DNA of 64,000 nt from Bacteroidota bacterium (lineage in GTDB: Bacteria; Bacteroidota; Bacteroidia; UBA7662; JAYUJN01): assembly GCA_043765195.1 (NCBI GenBank), contig JAYUJN010000001.1, positions 134,171 to 198,170 on the forward strand, read 5' to 3'. Made by a program: the position numbers and the translations under genes. The notes under the pieces are model-generated. The model was not told where the DNA came from. It ran no database searches and saw nothing but the letters and a program-made list of their open reading frames with translations. Shown piece by piece: positions 45,150-56,282 of the stretch (position 1 is its first letter; every line of letters starts with the position of its first letter).

Positions 45150-46649
45150 ATGAAGCATATTATTGCAGCTCTGTGTGTTGTTTGTGGTGTTTTTGCAGGT
45201 TGCAAAACGGATATAACTGGCGGCGCAACGCCCAACCGCACACCCGAAACCTACACCACCGTGGATACCATAATCCGCAACGGCAACAACCGACTAAGCA
45301 CGCAAATAGGCATAAATTGGTGGGCAACCGACCCCGACGGGTACGTAACTGGCTACGAATATAGCTTCGAAAACCCAATTACAGCGGCTACAATTTGGCG
45401 GTTTACGTCCAAGACCGACAGCGTATTTTTGATAAATCTGCCGCTGGGCGCAGATACCGCCGACATTCGGTTTTCGGTGCGTGCCATAGACAACCTCGGC
45501 GAAAAAGACCCAACGCCAGCGCAGCTCGTTTTGCCACTAAAAAACACAGCCCCAACCATCGCTTTTAGGTACATAAAAGCGGGCGGAAACCCTTTGGCGG
45601 GCGGCAATGTGTTGGTGGGCTTTCCGATACTGCGCTACAACTGGACAGCCACCGATGCCGACGGCGCAGCCAACCTGCGAGGCTACGAACTTACGCTAAA
45701 CGACACGGCTCGCACGCCCGTTTTTTTGGGCAATGTGTATAGCGGCGCAACTTTGGTGGCGGACAACCCAAATGCCACCAGCAGCGACTGCTCCATTTTG
45801 GCAGGCAACAGCAACCAAGCCCAACCCAACAAGCTGCAAGGGCTTAACTTAAACGATACCAACGTGTTGTACATACGAGCCATAGACCTTTCAGGCGCAA
45901 AATCGGCTTATATTGCAGCCAAAAAAGTTTTTGTAAAGCGGCTCACCTCCAACATTGTGCTGGTAAATGCCTACGCAAACGGCATTTTGGCAATTGACCA
46001 GTTTTACAACACACAGCTCAATGGCATTGGGATAACAAATGTAGAAAAGATACAAATACTGCAAAAAAACGCACAGTTTGAGTTCACCCAACTTGCGCCC
46101 GACTACGCCACCCAAAACCGAATTTTTGGTTTGTTTAAGCACATTATTTGGGTAAGCGACGATATGAATTTTAGTATGGTGTACGCCCAAGGCGTGTTAA
46201 ACACGTTTTTTAACAACGGTGGCAACCTGCTCATGAGCTGCCGCCCAGGCGGCGAAGACCTATCCAAGTCGCCCTTTTACGAGTTCACGCCCATCGATAG
46301 TTTGCAGCAACCGCCCGCAGGCAAGCTGTTTTTACTCGCCGATACCAGCACCATCGCTCCTTTGGCGAGCGGCTACCCGATGCTCCAAAACGAAGGATTT
46401 TTGACCGTGCCACGCCCCATAAAACTTTTGGCGGGCTGCACGCCGCTGCTAAGAGCCAACATTATACTGCGAGACGGCGCATCGTTTACGCCTTACACAG
46501 GCAATTCGGTGGTGATGGGCATAAAAACAAACGGCATCACGGGCAGCAAAATCGTGTTTAGCAGCCTACAACTACACAAAATAAACGCCAACAACGCCAT
46601 AGGAACATTACTAACCAAGGTTTTGCGTGGCGAGTTTGGGATTATGTAA
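45150..46649 (+). CDS. Hypothetical lipoprotein with repeated W-x-ATD-x-DG motifs
   Basis: The lipobox is VFAGC. Repeated segments INWWATDPDGYVTGYEY and YNWTATDADGAANLRGYEL are present. I recognise no family. Confidence 0.65.
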   Translation: MKHIIAALCVVCGVFAGCKTDITGGATPNRTPETYTTVDTIIRNGNNRLSTQIGINWWATDPDGYVTGYEYSFENPITAATIWRFTSKTDSVFLINLPLGADTADIRFSVRAIDNLGEKDPTPAQLVLPLKNTAPTIAFRYIKAGGNPLAGGNVLVGFPILRYNWTATDADGAANLRGYELTLNDTARTPVFLGNVYSGATLVADNPNATSSDCSILAGNSNQAQPNKLQGLNLNDTNVLYIRAIDLSGAKSAYIAAKKVFVKRLTSNIVLVNAYANGILAIDQFYNTQLNGIGITNVEKIQILQKNAQFEFTQLAPDYATQNRIFGLFKHIIWVSDDMNFSMVYAQGVLNTFFNNGGNLLMSCRPGGEDLSKSPFYEFTPIDSLQQPPAGKLFLLADTSTIAPLASGYPMLQNEGFLTVPRPIKLLAGCTPLLRANIILRDGASFTPYTGNSVVMGIKTNGITGSKIVFSSLQLHKINANNAIGTLLTKVLRGEFGIM

Positions 46650-46651
46650 TT

Positions 46652-47296
46652 TTATTCAAAAGCGGCTATTTTTTGGTCGTACATTTTGCGGCTTTCATCA
46701 ATGGTAGCCGTAAGCTCCGCCATAATGGCTGGCACTTGCGCCTCTATGTCCGCCAAACCTTCTTTGATGGTAGAAATTTCGCCGAGCGCCACGGCTACCT
46801 CCAAGGCTTTAATTACCTCCAAACCCTGTGCGTGCACCTTGCGCAGCTTACCTATGGCAGTTTCGGTTTTGGTGAGCGTAGGCGTGTAGCCATTTTGGGT
46901 TTTTGAAATGGCTTTGAGCAACTGATTTTTTGTTTTTTGGTCGCTTAGGCTGTTCGTTTGGCGGCGCATTGCCTCAAAAAGGCTGTCGGAATCCGCACGC
47001 AGGTCGTCGTAGGTATTGCTTAGGCGGTTCACATCTTTGTCTATTCTGTACCATTTTGCGTACAAGTTCTTAAACTCCTTGTCTTTGTTCGCCGCACTTT
47101 TTAGGGCATCTTGTATCGTACCCAGCCGCTGCAAACCGTCTTCAAGCGATTGGTTTGTAGTTTCTTTTTGCGACTCGAGGCTGGCTATGTTTTTTGCAAA
47201 CTTGGTTTTTAGGCGTGGCAAGTTTTCTGGTCCACGGTAGCAAGAAGAGGCTACAATGCCTAAAATAAGGGTGAGAACAAGGGTGATTTGGCGCAT
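46652..47296 (-). CDS. Coiled-coil lipoprotein, possibly DUF2959-like
   Basis: The lipobox is VASSC. The protein is helical and charged throughout. Its overall layout resembles my recollection of DUF2959, but this is not verified. Confidence 0.6.
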   Translation of the reverse strand: MRQITLVLTLILGIVASSCYRGPENLPRLKTKFAKNIASLESQKETTNQSLEDGLQRLGTIQDALKSAANKDKEFKNLYAKWYRIDKDVNRLSNTYDDLRADSDSLFEAMRRQTNSLSDQKTKNQLLKAISKTQNGYTPTLTKTETAIGKLRKVHAQGLEVIKALEVAVALGEISTIKEGLADIEAQVPAIMAELTATIDESRKMYDQKIAAFE

Positions 47297-47514
47297 TGTA
47301 CTTAAATATTTGGTTGGATAATGGCTACAAAGCTAACCAATATCGGGGGCATTTGCAAATAATTATTTGGCAACCCAAAAACCACCAAATCTATTTAAAA
47401 AGGAGGAAAAACAAATTAAGATATTTTTAATATGATTTTTTGGCAAAACTGGTTCATAAACCCATTTTTTTTGTATCTTTGTCATACTAAATTTAAAACC
47501 ATTTAACCTGTAAA

Positions 47515-49935
47515 ATGAAAGATATTATACCACCTATTATAACTACATCGAAAACCGAAACACACACGCCAGGCAAAGCCATACGCTATACGAGGCAAAA
47601 CAACCAGTTTTTTATTTTTACGCACAACGAAGCCGTGCTATGCGTTACGGTGGTTTCGGATAGGGTAATTAGGCTTAGGTTTAGCACCGATGGCGATTTT
47701 GAAAAGGACTTTTCTTATGCAATCGATAAAAAATTTGAGGGCGGCTACAACAATTTGGAGTTTCAGGAACTTTCGGATACTTACGTGATAAAAACGGCAA
47801 AATTGATTTGTAAAATATCGAAAGACGGGTTGAAAACACGCTTTTTAGACCTAAACGGCACGATTATAAACGACGACGAAAAGGGATTTAGCTGGCAAGA
47901 GAACACCGAATACGGCGGCAACAACGTAAAAATGAGCAAACGGGCGCACGCCGCCGAGTACTTTTATGGTTTGGGCGACAAGCCAAGCAACCTCAACCTG
48001 CGTGGCAAAAAGTTTTTGAACTGGAACCACGACAACTACGGTTTTGCCAAAGATGCCGACCCGCTGTATAAATCCATACCCTTTTATTTGGGCTTGCACA
48101 ACAGCACGGGCTACGGCATTTTTTTTGACAATACGTTTAAAAGCGTGTTCAATTTTGGGGAGGACAAGCGGGATATTTGCACCTTTTCGGCAGATGGCGG
48201 CGAAATGAACTATTATTTTATATACGGTCCGTCGTTGCTGGAAGTGGTAGAAAACTACACGCACCTCACGGGCAAGCCCGAGCTGCCGCCGCTGTGGGCG
48301 CTGGGCTACCACCAATGCAAGTGGAGCTATTACCCCGAGAGCTTGGTAAAAGAAGTAACCAAAAAAATGCGGGACGAGCGCATACCCTGCGATGCCATTT
48401 ATTTGGACATAGATTATATGAACGGATTTAGGTGCTTTACCTTCGACCCCGACCGTTTCCCCGACCCCAAACGCATGGTAGATGAGCTGAAAAAAGACGG
48501 CTACAAAACCATCGTGATGATAGACCCAGGCATAAAAATAGACAAGGATTATTGGGTTTACAACGAAGCGTTGGAAAACGGGTACTTTGTGCGCCGTGCC
48601 GACGGTCCGCTGATGAAGGGCAAAGTGTGGCCTGGCGAGTGCAATTTCCCCGACTTTACACACCCCGACGTGCGCCAGTGGTGGGGCGGGCTGTACAAAG
48701 AATTGATACAAGACATAGGCGTGGCTGGCGTGTGGAACGACATGAACGAACCCGCTTTTTTTGAGGTAGAAAGCAAAACCGCCCCGCACGATGCCCGCCA
48801 CAACTACGACGGCAACCCCGCCAGCCACCGCAAAGCCCACAACATTTATGGTATGCAAATGGCTCGGGGAACATATCACGGCGTGAAAAAAGCAGGCTAC
48901 CCCAACCGACCATTTGTAATTACGAGGGCTGCTTACAGCGGCACGCAACGCTACGCCAGCGCCTGGACAGGCGACAACATAGCCACTTGGGAACACCTTT
49001 GGGTAGCCAATATGCAGGTGCAGCGCATGGCTATTTCGGGCTTTTCGTTTGTAGGCTCGGACATAGGCGGCTTTACCGAACACCCCACCAGCGAACTGTA
49101 CGTGCGCTGGATACAATCGGCGGTTTTTCACCCTTTTATGCGCACGCACTCCTCGGGCGAACACGGCAACCAAGAGCCGTATAGCTTTGGCGAAGCCGCC
49201 ACCAACATCATACGTGAGTTTATAAACCTGCGCTACCAGCTCCTGCCCTATTTGTACACTACTTTTTGGCAATATACCACGCACGGCACACCCATGATAC
49301 GCCCGCTTTCACTGCTGGCGCAGCAAGACCCGCACACCCAATACCGCACCGACGAATATTGCTACGGCGACAACATACTCGTTTGCCCAATTATGCGCCC
49401 CGAACAAACCGAACGCCGAATGTACCTACCCATCGGCAACCGCTGGTTTAACTTTTGGGACGATAGCATACAAGGCGGCGGCTACGAATTTAGCATCGCC
49501 GCAAGCATAGAGCGCATACCCATTTTTGTAAAAGAAGGCTCGGTAATACCCATGTACCCAACCATGCAGTACATCGGCGAAAAACCCATAGAACAACTCA
49601 CCCTACACCTATACTACACCGAAGGCGAACACACCAGCGAACTATACGAAGACGCAGGCAACGGCTACGCCTACCGCAAAAATGATTATAGCCTAAAAAA
49701 GTTTAAAGTACTCGGAAAACCCACCGCACTTAGCCTAATGCAAATAAAATCGGGCAAATGGGCGGACGAATACCAAAGCGTAAAACTAATTATTCATGGC
49801 TTGCCATTTATACCCAATGTATGCAAAATAGACAAGGAACTGGTAAGCATTGCCCAAAGCACCTTTTATGATGCAGCGGTGTATGAGGTAGAAATAAGCA
49901 ACCATTTTTCGGAGTTTTATTGCAGAGCCGAATAG
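47515..49935 (+). CDS. Glycoside hydrolase family 31 (alpha-glucosidase-like)
   Basis: The catalytic nucleophile region is GVWNDMNEP. YLDIDYM and GSDIGGF are present, and the length is about 800 aa. Confidence 0.9.
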   Translation: MKDIIPPIITTSKTETHTPGKAIRYTRQNNQFFIFTHNEAVLCVTVVSDRVIRLRFSTDGDFEKDFSYAIDKKFEGGYNNLEFQELSDTYVIKTAKLICKISKDGLKTRFLDLNGTIINDDEKGFSWQENTEYGGNNVKMSKRAHAAEYFYGLGDKPSNLNLRGKKFLNWNHDNYGFAKDADPLYKSIPFYLGLHNSTGYGIFFDNTFKSVFNFGEDKRDICTFSADGGEMNYYFIYGPSLLEVVENYTHLTGKPELPPLWALGYHQCKWSYYPESLVKEVTKKMRDERIPCDAIYLDIDYMNGFRCFTFDPDRFPDPKRMVDELKKDGYKTIVMIDPGIKIDKDYWVYNEALENGYFVRRADGPLMKGKVWPGECNFPDFTHPDVRQWWGGLYKELIQDIGVAGVWNDMNEPAFFEVESKTAPHDARHNYDGNPASHRKAHNIYGMQMARGTYHGVKKAGYPNRPFVITRAAYSGTQRYASAWTGDNIATWEHLWVANMQVQRMAISGFSFVGSDIGGFTEHPTSELYVRWIQSAVFHPFMRTHSSGEHGNQEPYSFGEAATNIIREFINLRYQLLPYLYTTFWQYTTHGTPMIRPLSLLAQQDPHTQYRTDEYCYGDNILVCPIMRPEQTERRMYLPIGNRWFNFWDDSIQGGGYEFSIAASIERIPIFVKEGSVIPMYPTMQYIGEKPIEQLTLHLYYTEGEHTSELYEDAGNGYAYRKNDYSLKKFKVLGKPTALSLMQIKSGKWADEYQSVKLIIHGLPFIPNVCKIDKELVSIAQSTFYDAAVYEVEISNHFSEFYCRAE

Positions 49936-50030
49936 TTTTAGCCACACAATACCAACCAAACAAGTATTTTACTTTTAACCCAAAGTTTTAATACCAAAAC
50001 ACCTAACAAAACAGCCATAAATTAGCTTAA

Positions 50031-51431
50031 ATGACCCAAAACAAGCCGCAAATACAGTTAGAAACCATACACAACATTTTTTTTATAGGCATAGCAGGCT
50101 CTGGTATGAGCGCCATAGCGCAGTATTTGGCTGGGATAGGCAAGCAAGTGGCTGGCTCCGACCGCAGTTTTGTGCCATACACACCCAACAACATACGCAA
50201 ACAACTGCAAGACGAGGGCATTGCCTGCCATTTTGAGAACGGAACGGGCGTAAGCAAAACCACGCAATTGGTGGTGGTTTCGACTGCCATAGAAGACAGC
50301 AGCCCCGATGTGCAGCGGGCGCAGCAGCTCAACATACGCATTGTAAAAAGAGCCGAACTGCTCGCCGCAATTTGCGCCACAAAACGTGGCATAGCCGTGG
50401 CTGGCACATCTGGCAAATCCACGACCACAGCCATGCTGTTCGATATATTGTCGTTTGCGGGCTTAGAGCCGAGCCTAATTACGGGCGCAGGGCTTATTAG
50501 GCTGCAAAAACAAGGCAAAATAGGCAATGCGGTGGTGGGCAGAGGCAGTTTTTTGTTGTTTGAGGCAGATGAATCCGATGGTAGCTTGGTGCATTACAAA
50601 CCCGAAATAGGCTTGATAATGAACATAGACAAAGACCACAAAGAAATAAAGGAGCTTGTGGGCATTTTTGATAAGTTTAGAAAAAATGTGCAAAAAACCC
50701 TCGTGGTAAATGCCTCCAACCGATATACCATGCACCTATCGCAGCACACGCTAAACGATTACAGCACAAATGTTCGGAAAAAAGCGGGCTATCGCCTGCG
50801 CAATTTTGTTCAAAATGGCTTTAATGTTCAGTTCGATATAAACCGTGTGCCGTTTGAGCTACCCAATGTGGTGGGGCTGCACAACGCCGAAAATGCCTTG
50901 GCTGCCACCGCCGTAGCGGCTCAGTTGGGCATTGGTTTGGCTACCTGCGCCGAAGCGTTAAAGACCTTATACCAAGGCATTTATAGGCGAAACCAGGTTT
51001 TGGGCTGCACCAAAGGCGTGTGGGTGATAGACGATTTTGCGCACAACCCCGCCAAAGTGCGGGCAGCTATACATAGCTGGCAGCAGCTAAGTGACAGCGT
51101 GTGGGCGTGGTTTCAGCCACATGGTTTTGCGCCCACCAAGTTTTTGCGCCACGATTTTGTAAAAGAAATAGCCGAAGTGCTGCGCCCGAGCGACCACATC
51201 ATTTTCTCAAAAATTTACTATGCGGGCGGCACCGTAGATGCCAACATTTCGGCAGAAGATTTGGTAAATGACTTGGTAAAAAAAGGCGTATCGGCGCATT
51301 ATATAGAAGACAGAAAAGACTTATCCGCCTACTTAAAACCGAAACTAAAACCAAACGATGTTGTGCTTTTGATGGGTGCCCGAGACCCGAGTTTAGACGA
51401 ATTTGCCAATGTATTGTACCACCAAATTTAA
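50031..51431 (+). CDS. Mur ligase family protein (MurC/Mpl-like)
   Basis: FFIGIAGSGMSAIAQYL...GSD is a Rossmann N-terminus. The P-loop AGTSGKSTTTAM, EADESDGS and NIDKDH motifs are present. Confidence 0.85.
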   Translation: MTQNKPQIQLETIHNIFFIGIAGSGMSAIAQYLAGIGKQVAGSDRSFVPYTPNNIRKQLQDEGIACHFENGTGVSKTTQLVVVSTAIEDSSPDVQRAQQLNIRIVKRAELLAAICATKRGIAVAGTSGKSTTTAMLFDILSFAGLEPSLITGAGLIRLQKQGKIGNAVVGRGSFLLFEADESDGSLVHYKPEIGLIMNIDKDHKEIKELVGIFDKFRKNVQKTLVVNASNRYTMHLSQHTLNDYSTNVRKKAGYRLRNFVQNGFNVQFDINRVPFELPNVVGLHNAENALAATAVAAQLGIGLATCAEALKTLYQGIYRRNQVLGCTKGVWVIDDFAHNPAKVRAAIHSWQQLSDSVWAWFQPHGFAPTKFLRHDFVKEIAEVLRPSDHIIFSKIYYAGGTVDANISAEDLVNDLVKKGVSAHYIEDRKDLSAYLKPKLKPNDVVLLMGARDPSLDEFANVLYHQI

Positions 51432-51441
51432 CCAAAAATTG

Positions 51442-53283
51442 ATGAAAAAATCCATTTTAACGAGCGTTTTTGGGCTGCTATGCGTGCTGTGCCAAGCCCA
51501 AACCATGACCATACAACGGGTAGAACCTGTGAGCTGGTTTGTAGATATGCAAAACCCTGAGGTAGAGCTACTTGTGTATGGCAAAGGCATTGGGAATGCC
51601 AAAGTAAGCCTGCGCTACAAGGGCGTAAAAATAGTAAAAACCGCCAAAGTAGCCAACGAAAACTATCTTTTTGTAACGCTGAACATAGCCAAAAATACAG
51701 AGGCAGGCAATGTGCCGCTGGTGATTCGTTTGGGCGAAAACAAAACGATATACAACTATCCGCTGCAAAAAAAGAATGTGCAGGGCGCACAAACCCTGAC
51801 CCCAGCCGACCTTGTGTATTTGATTATGCCCGACCGCTTTGCCAACGGAAACCCCGAAAACGACAACATAGCCACTGCCAAAGAGCCAACCTCCGACCGC
51901 AAAGGGCTAAAAACCCGCCACGGCGGCGACCTGCAAGGCATCACCAACAACTTGGATTACCTAACAAAACTGGGCGTAACTGCATTGTGGCTCAACCCCG
52001 TGCAAGCCAACGACCAGCCCAGCGAGTCGTACCACGGCTACGCATTTACCGACCATTATGCCATAGACCCACGCCTGGGCAGCAATGCCGACTACCAAAA
52101 TTTGATAGACAAATGCCACGAAAAGGGCATGAAAGTAATTATGGATTATGTGCATAACCACACGGGCAACGAGCATTTTTTTATAAAAGACCTGCCCAGC
52201 CCCGACTGGATTCACCAAACGGATACCTTTGTGCGCACCACCTACCGCACCAGCACGCTGCTGGACCCGCACGCCGCCGCCAGCGACCGCAACCAGTTTG
52301 CAAACGGCTGGTTTGACAAGCACATGCCCGACCTAAACCAACAAAACCTGCACGTAGCCAACTATTTGATACAGAACAACTTGTGGTGGGCAGCCAAAAC
52401 GGGCATAGACGCTTATAGGGTGGATACGTACAGCTACCCCGACATGGCGTTTATGAGCCGCTTTGCGCAAACGATGCACGACGAGTTTCCGACAATGTCC
52501 ATTTTTGGCGAGGTTTGGGTGGATTTTGTGCCTACGCAAGCCGCATTTACAAAAAACAACAACCTATTACCCAATTACAACTCGAACTTGGGCGGCGTTA
52601 CCGACTTTAACCTTTATTATGCCATGACCAAGGCACTAAACCAAAATTTTGGTTGGGATACTGGTTTGATGCAAATTTATCAGTCGCTGGCGCAAGATTT
52701 TATGTATGAAAATGCAGATAGAAACGTCGTTTTTTTGGACAACCACGACCTTAGCCGCTACCTAAGTGTGGTGAACGAAGACGTGAAAAAACTGAAAATG
52801 GCGATGGCTTTTTTGCTTACCACACGTGGCATACCGCAAATTTATTACGGCACGGAGGTTCTCATGAAAAATTATAGCAACCCCGATGCGCTGGTGCGAG
52901 AGGATTTTTTGGGCGGGTGGAAAACCGACAGCGCAAATCTTTTTTTGGAGAGCGGACGCTCAAAAGCGCAAAACGAAATGTACGACTACATAGCCACCAT
53001 AGCCCAGTGGCGCAAAACAAACGATGCCATAAAAAATGGTGCGCTGATGCAATTTGTGCCTCAAAATGGCGTTTATGTTTACTTCCGCTACCACAAAAAC
53101 TCGAGCGTAATGGTGGTGATGAACCAAAATGAAACCGAAATTAGTTTGGATAAAAATCGGTTTAGCGAACGGCTGAACGGCTATAAAAATGCCAAAAACA
53201 TTGTGTCCAAAGCCAGTTTTGGGCTACAAAACGAACAAATAAAGGTTGCTGGAATGACCACGTCTATTTTTGAACTAAATTAA
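51442..53283 (+). CDS. Alpha-amylase family glycoside hydrolase (GH13)
   Basis: A signal peptide is present. GH13 regions I-IV are present: DYVHNH, GIDAYRVDT, FGEVW and FLDNHD. Confidence 0.9.
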   Translation: MKKSILTSVFGLLCVLCQAQTMTIQRVEPVSWFVDMQNPEVELLVYGKGIGNAKVSLRYKGVKIVKTAKVANENYLFVTLNIAKNTEAGNVPLVIRLGENKTIYNYPLQKKNVQGAQTLTPADLVYLIMPDRFANGNPENDNIATAKEPTSDRKGLKTRHGGDLQGITNNLDYLTKLGVTALWLNPVQANDQPSESYHGYAFTDHYAIDPRLGSNADYQNLIDKCHEKGMKVIMDYVHNHTGNEHFFIKDLPSPDWIHQTDTFVRTTYRTSTLLDPHAAASDRNQFANGWFDKHMPDLNQQNLHVANYLIQNNLWWAAKTGIDAYRVDTYSYPDMAFMSRFAQTMHDEFPTMSIFGEVWVDFVPTQAAFTKNNNLLPNYNSNLGGVTDFNLYYAMTKALNQNFGWDTGLMQIYQSLAQDFMYENADRNVVFLDNHDLSRYLSVVNEDVKKLKMAMAFLLTTRGIPQIYYGTEVLMKNYSNPDALVREDFLGGWKTDSANLFLESGRSKAQNEMYDYIATIAQWRKTNDAIKNGALMQFVPQNGVYVYFRYHKNSSVMVVMNQNETEISLDKNRFSERLNGYKNAKNIVSKASFGLQNEQIKVAGMTTSIFELN

Positions 53284-55376
53284 TGATGAATAAATTATTA
53301 TTGGCTTTTTTTATAAGCTACGGCTTTGCCACCCAACTCATGGCACAAATACAAACGCCTGTAAAATGGAGTTTTTATAGCAACAAACTATCCGAAACGG
53401 AGGCGGAGCTGGTAGCCAAAGCCACGATAGACAAGAAATGGCATATTTACTCACAGTTTTTGAGCGGCGATGGTCCGATACCGACCACGTTTAAGTTTGC
53501 GCCGAGCGCAGGCGTAACGCTGGTGGGCAATGCGGCGGAAAGTGGCGGCAAAATATCGATGTACGAAAAAATGTTTGAAATGCAGCTTACGTACTTTGAG
53601 GAAACAGCTATTTTTACCCAAAAAGTGCGGCTATCACAGCCCAATGCCACGGTAAAAGGCAGCTTAGAGTTTATGGCGTGCAACGACAGAACCTGCATAC
53701 CGCCCGAGGAAGTGGCTTTTGAACACAAGCTCACGGGCTACCAAGCCACGCCCGCCCCGCCCAGCACGCCCACCGAAAATGCGCCGCCCGCACCCAGCAC
53801 GCCCGCCAACAAAATCATTATAGAAAAAAACATAGAGATAAAAAACGGCGACACCATACGCAACGAGCAGCTCATTATCCAAGAAAACGAAACCGCCACC
53901 GACCCCGCTGCGCCGCTGCCCAAAACCACCCAAACCACCAACGCCGAACCCAAAGACAGCCTAAGCACCATCTTTGGCAAAGGAATACTGGGCGGCTTTG
54001 CCGCCCTAATTATGCCCTGCATTTTTCCGATGATACCTCTAACCGTGAGCTTTTTTACCAAACAAAACGACCACAAAAACCGCAAAAAAGGCATTTTTCA
54101 GGCGTTGGTGTACGGGCTGAGTATCGTTTTAATTTATGTGGGTTTGGGCTTGCTCATGACCTTTTTCTTCGGTTCAGATGCCCTCAATAGCCTAAGCAGC
54201 AACATTTGGTTCAACCTAATTTGCTTTGCGCTGCTCATACTGTTTGGCGCATCGTTTTTGGGCGCATTCGAAATTCAACTGCCCAGCGCATGGGCTAACT
54301 TCACCGACAAAAAAAGCAACAGCAGCGGCTGGCTGGGCATATTTTTTATGGCAGCCACGCTCGCCATCGTATCGTTTAGCTGCACCGTGGGCATCATCGG
54401 CTACCTGCTCGTAGATGCCGCAAAAGGTCAATTTTTTGCGCCCGCCGTGGGTATGCTCGGCTTTTCGCTGGCTTTGGCGTTGCCATTTACGCTGTTCGCC
54501 ATTTTTCCATCGCTCATGAGCAGCCTACCCAAAAGCGGCGGCTGGCTCAACGCCGTAAAGGTCGTTTTGGGCTTTTTAGAAATCGCCTTCGCCTTCAAAT
54601 TCCTCTCCAACGTAGATTTGGCTTACCACTGGAATTTGCTGGACAGAGAAGTATTTTTGGTGATATGGATAACCCTATTTGCGCTGCTGGGCTTGTACCT
54701 TTTGGGCAAAATCCGCTTCGCACTCGATAGCCCGCTGCCACACCTATCCGTGATGCGTTTCGGGTTTGCGGTAACCTCGCTGGCATTTGCGATATACCTC
54801 GTTCCTGGGCTTTGGGGCGCACCGCTCAACGCCGTAAATGCGTTTTTGCCGCCAATTGGCTCGCAAGATTGGGTTTTGAACACCACCAAAATAACAAACA
54901 CCACCACAGAAATAACGCCAAAAAAATACAGCGGCATCTTTCATTGCCCGCACAATTTAAACTGCTTTTTTGACTACGACGAAGCCTTGGCTTACGCAAA
55001 ACTGCAAAAAAAGCCGCTCTTTGTGGATTTTACGGGGCATAGCTGCGTAAATTGCCGCAAAATGGAAGCCTCGGTTTGGGCAAACCCCGAGGTTTTAAAA
55101 CGGCTGAACGACGACTACATCGTGGTTTCGCTGTATGTAGATGACAAAACCGAGCTGCCTGTCGGCGAGCAATACACCTCCAAGTTTTCGGGCAAAAAAA
55201 TAACGACCTTGGGCAAAAAATGGAGCGACCTACAAGCCACACGCTACAACTCGAACGCACAACCGCAGTACATTTTGCTGAACCACAACGAAGAAACCCT
55301 CGCCCTGCCGCAAGGCTACAACGAAGATGTATCTAATTTTGTGGCGTTTTTGGAGGCTGGCAAAAAAGCATTTTAA
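53283..55376 (+). CDS. dsbD: Thiol:disulfide interchange protein DsbD family
   Basis: N-terminal periplasmic domain, a central multi-TM domain, and a C-terminal thioredoxin-like domain with CVNC. The ATG overlaps the upstream stop (TAATG). Confidence 0.85.
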   Translation: MMNKLLLAFFISYGFATQLMAQIQTPVKWSFYSNKLSETEAELVAKATIDKKWHIYSQFLSGDGPIPTTFKFAPSAGVTLVGNAAESGGKISMYEKMFEMQLTYFEETAIFTQKVRLSQPNATVKGSLEFMACNDRTCIPPEEVAFEHKLTGYQATPAPPSTPTENAPPAPSTPANKIIIEKNIEIKNGDTIRNEQLIIQENETATDPAAPLPKTTQTTNAEPKDSLSTIFGKGILGGFAALIMPCIFPMIPLTVSFFTKQNDHKNRKKGIFQALVYGLSIVLIYVGLGLLMTFFFGSDALNSLSSNIWFNLICFALLILFGASFLGAFEIQLPSAWANFTDKKSNSSGWLGIFFMAATLAIVSFSCTVGIIGYLLVDAAKGQFFAPAVGMLGFSLALALPFTLFAIFPSLMSSLPKSGGWLNAVKVVLGFLEIAFAFKFLSNVDLAYHWNLLDREVFLVIWITLFALLGLYLLGKIRFALDSPLPHLSVMRFGFAVTSLAFAIYLVPGLWGAPLNAVNAFLPPIGSQDWVLNTTKITNTTTEITPKKYSGIFHCPHNLNCFFDYDEALAYAKLQKKPLFVDFTGHSCVNCRKMEASVWANPEVLKRLNDDYIVVSLYVDDKTELPVGEQYTSKFSGKKITTLGKKWSDLQATRYNSNAQPQYILLNHNEETLALPQGYNEDVSNFVAFLEAGKKAF

Positions 55377-55476
55377 CGCCAAAAAAAACTGCTATCCAAG
55401 TCGAAAATCACCTCACATTCAGGTTCACCAACACCCAAAAACCAACCGTTTTACCCACCCAAAAGCTCCGTACTTT

Positions 55477-56274
55477 ATGCCATTTTACACCAACCTGAAA
55501 CGCAAGTTTTATAAATTTTTAGCCAAAAAACCTATTTTTGAACCATTTGAAATGGATACCGAGTTTTTGGGTACGCAATACGGCGGCTGGACCATACCAA
55601 AAAACTACCTAAACGCCAGCTCCGTTTGCTACCTCGCTGGCGCAGGCACCGATATTTCTTTCGACATTGCTTTGGTGGAAAAATACGGGTGCAAGGTACA
55701 CATCTTTGACCCTACGCCCAAGGCATTGCAGCATTATTTGGACTTGATGAACGCCACCAAAAATGGCGAAAAAATGGCGATTAATACCACCGAAAACTAC
55801 GATTTTAGCCCAAAAAACCTGCACTTGCCCCAGTTCCACGCACTCGGCGTGTGGAACGAACCCGACAACATCAGGTTTTATGTACCCAAAAACAAAAGCC
55901 ACGTGTCGCACTCGGCGGTGAACCTGCAAAAAACCAGCGATTTTTTTGAGGCGGAGGTAGAAACTGTGCAAAACATCATGAAGGAGCTGCGCCACACCAA
56001 AATAGACCTGTTTAAAATAGACATAGAGGGCGCAGAATACAAAGTGATAGACAATATATTGGAAACCAACCTAAATATTGGCGTGCTGTGCGTGGAGTTT
56101 GATGAGGTGAACCAGCCGCAAGACCGAAATTATATGCAAAGGGTAAACGACTACATACTTAAAATACAAGACCACGGCTACCTTTTGGTGGCGATAGATG
56201 AAGTTTATAATTGTAGTTTTGTAAAAATAAAAACTTACGACCGACTAACAAAGAACGCCCCCAAAGAAGCATAA
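55477..56274 (+). CDS. FkbM family methyltransferase
   Basis: CYLAGAGTDISFD (SAM site) and IDLFKIDIEGAEYKVI are FkbM-type motifs. The ATG at 55477 is preferred over 55327, which overlaps dsbD. Confidence 0.75.
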   Translation: MPFYTNLKRKFYKFLAKKPIFEPFEMDTEFLGTQYGGWTIPKNYLNASSVCYLAGAGTDISFDIALVEKYGCKVHIFDPTPKALQHYLDLMNATKNGEKMAINTTENYDFSPKNLHLPQFHALGVWNEPDNIRFYVPKNKSHVSHSAVNLQKTSDFFEAEVETVQNIMKELRHTKIDLFKIDIEGAEYKVIDNILETNLNIGVLCVEFDEVNQPQDRNYMQRVNDYILKIQDHGYLLVAIDEVYNCSFVKIKTYDRLTKNAPKEA

Positions 56275-56282
56275 CACATTCG

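Noticed and set aside
47851-49284. 477-aa ORF antisense to the GH31 gene, together with similar long antisense ORFs at 26322-27236, 2422-3078, 11292-11951 and 19977-20498
   Set aside because: Each lies entirely opposite a gene with strong family motifs. Their composition is the V/A/G/H/F-rich pattern typical of antisense frames. I see no recognisable motifs.
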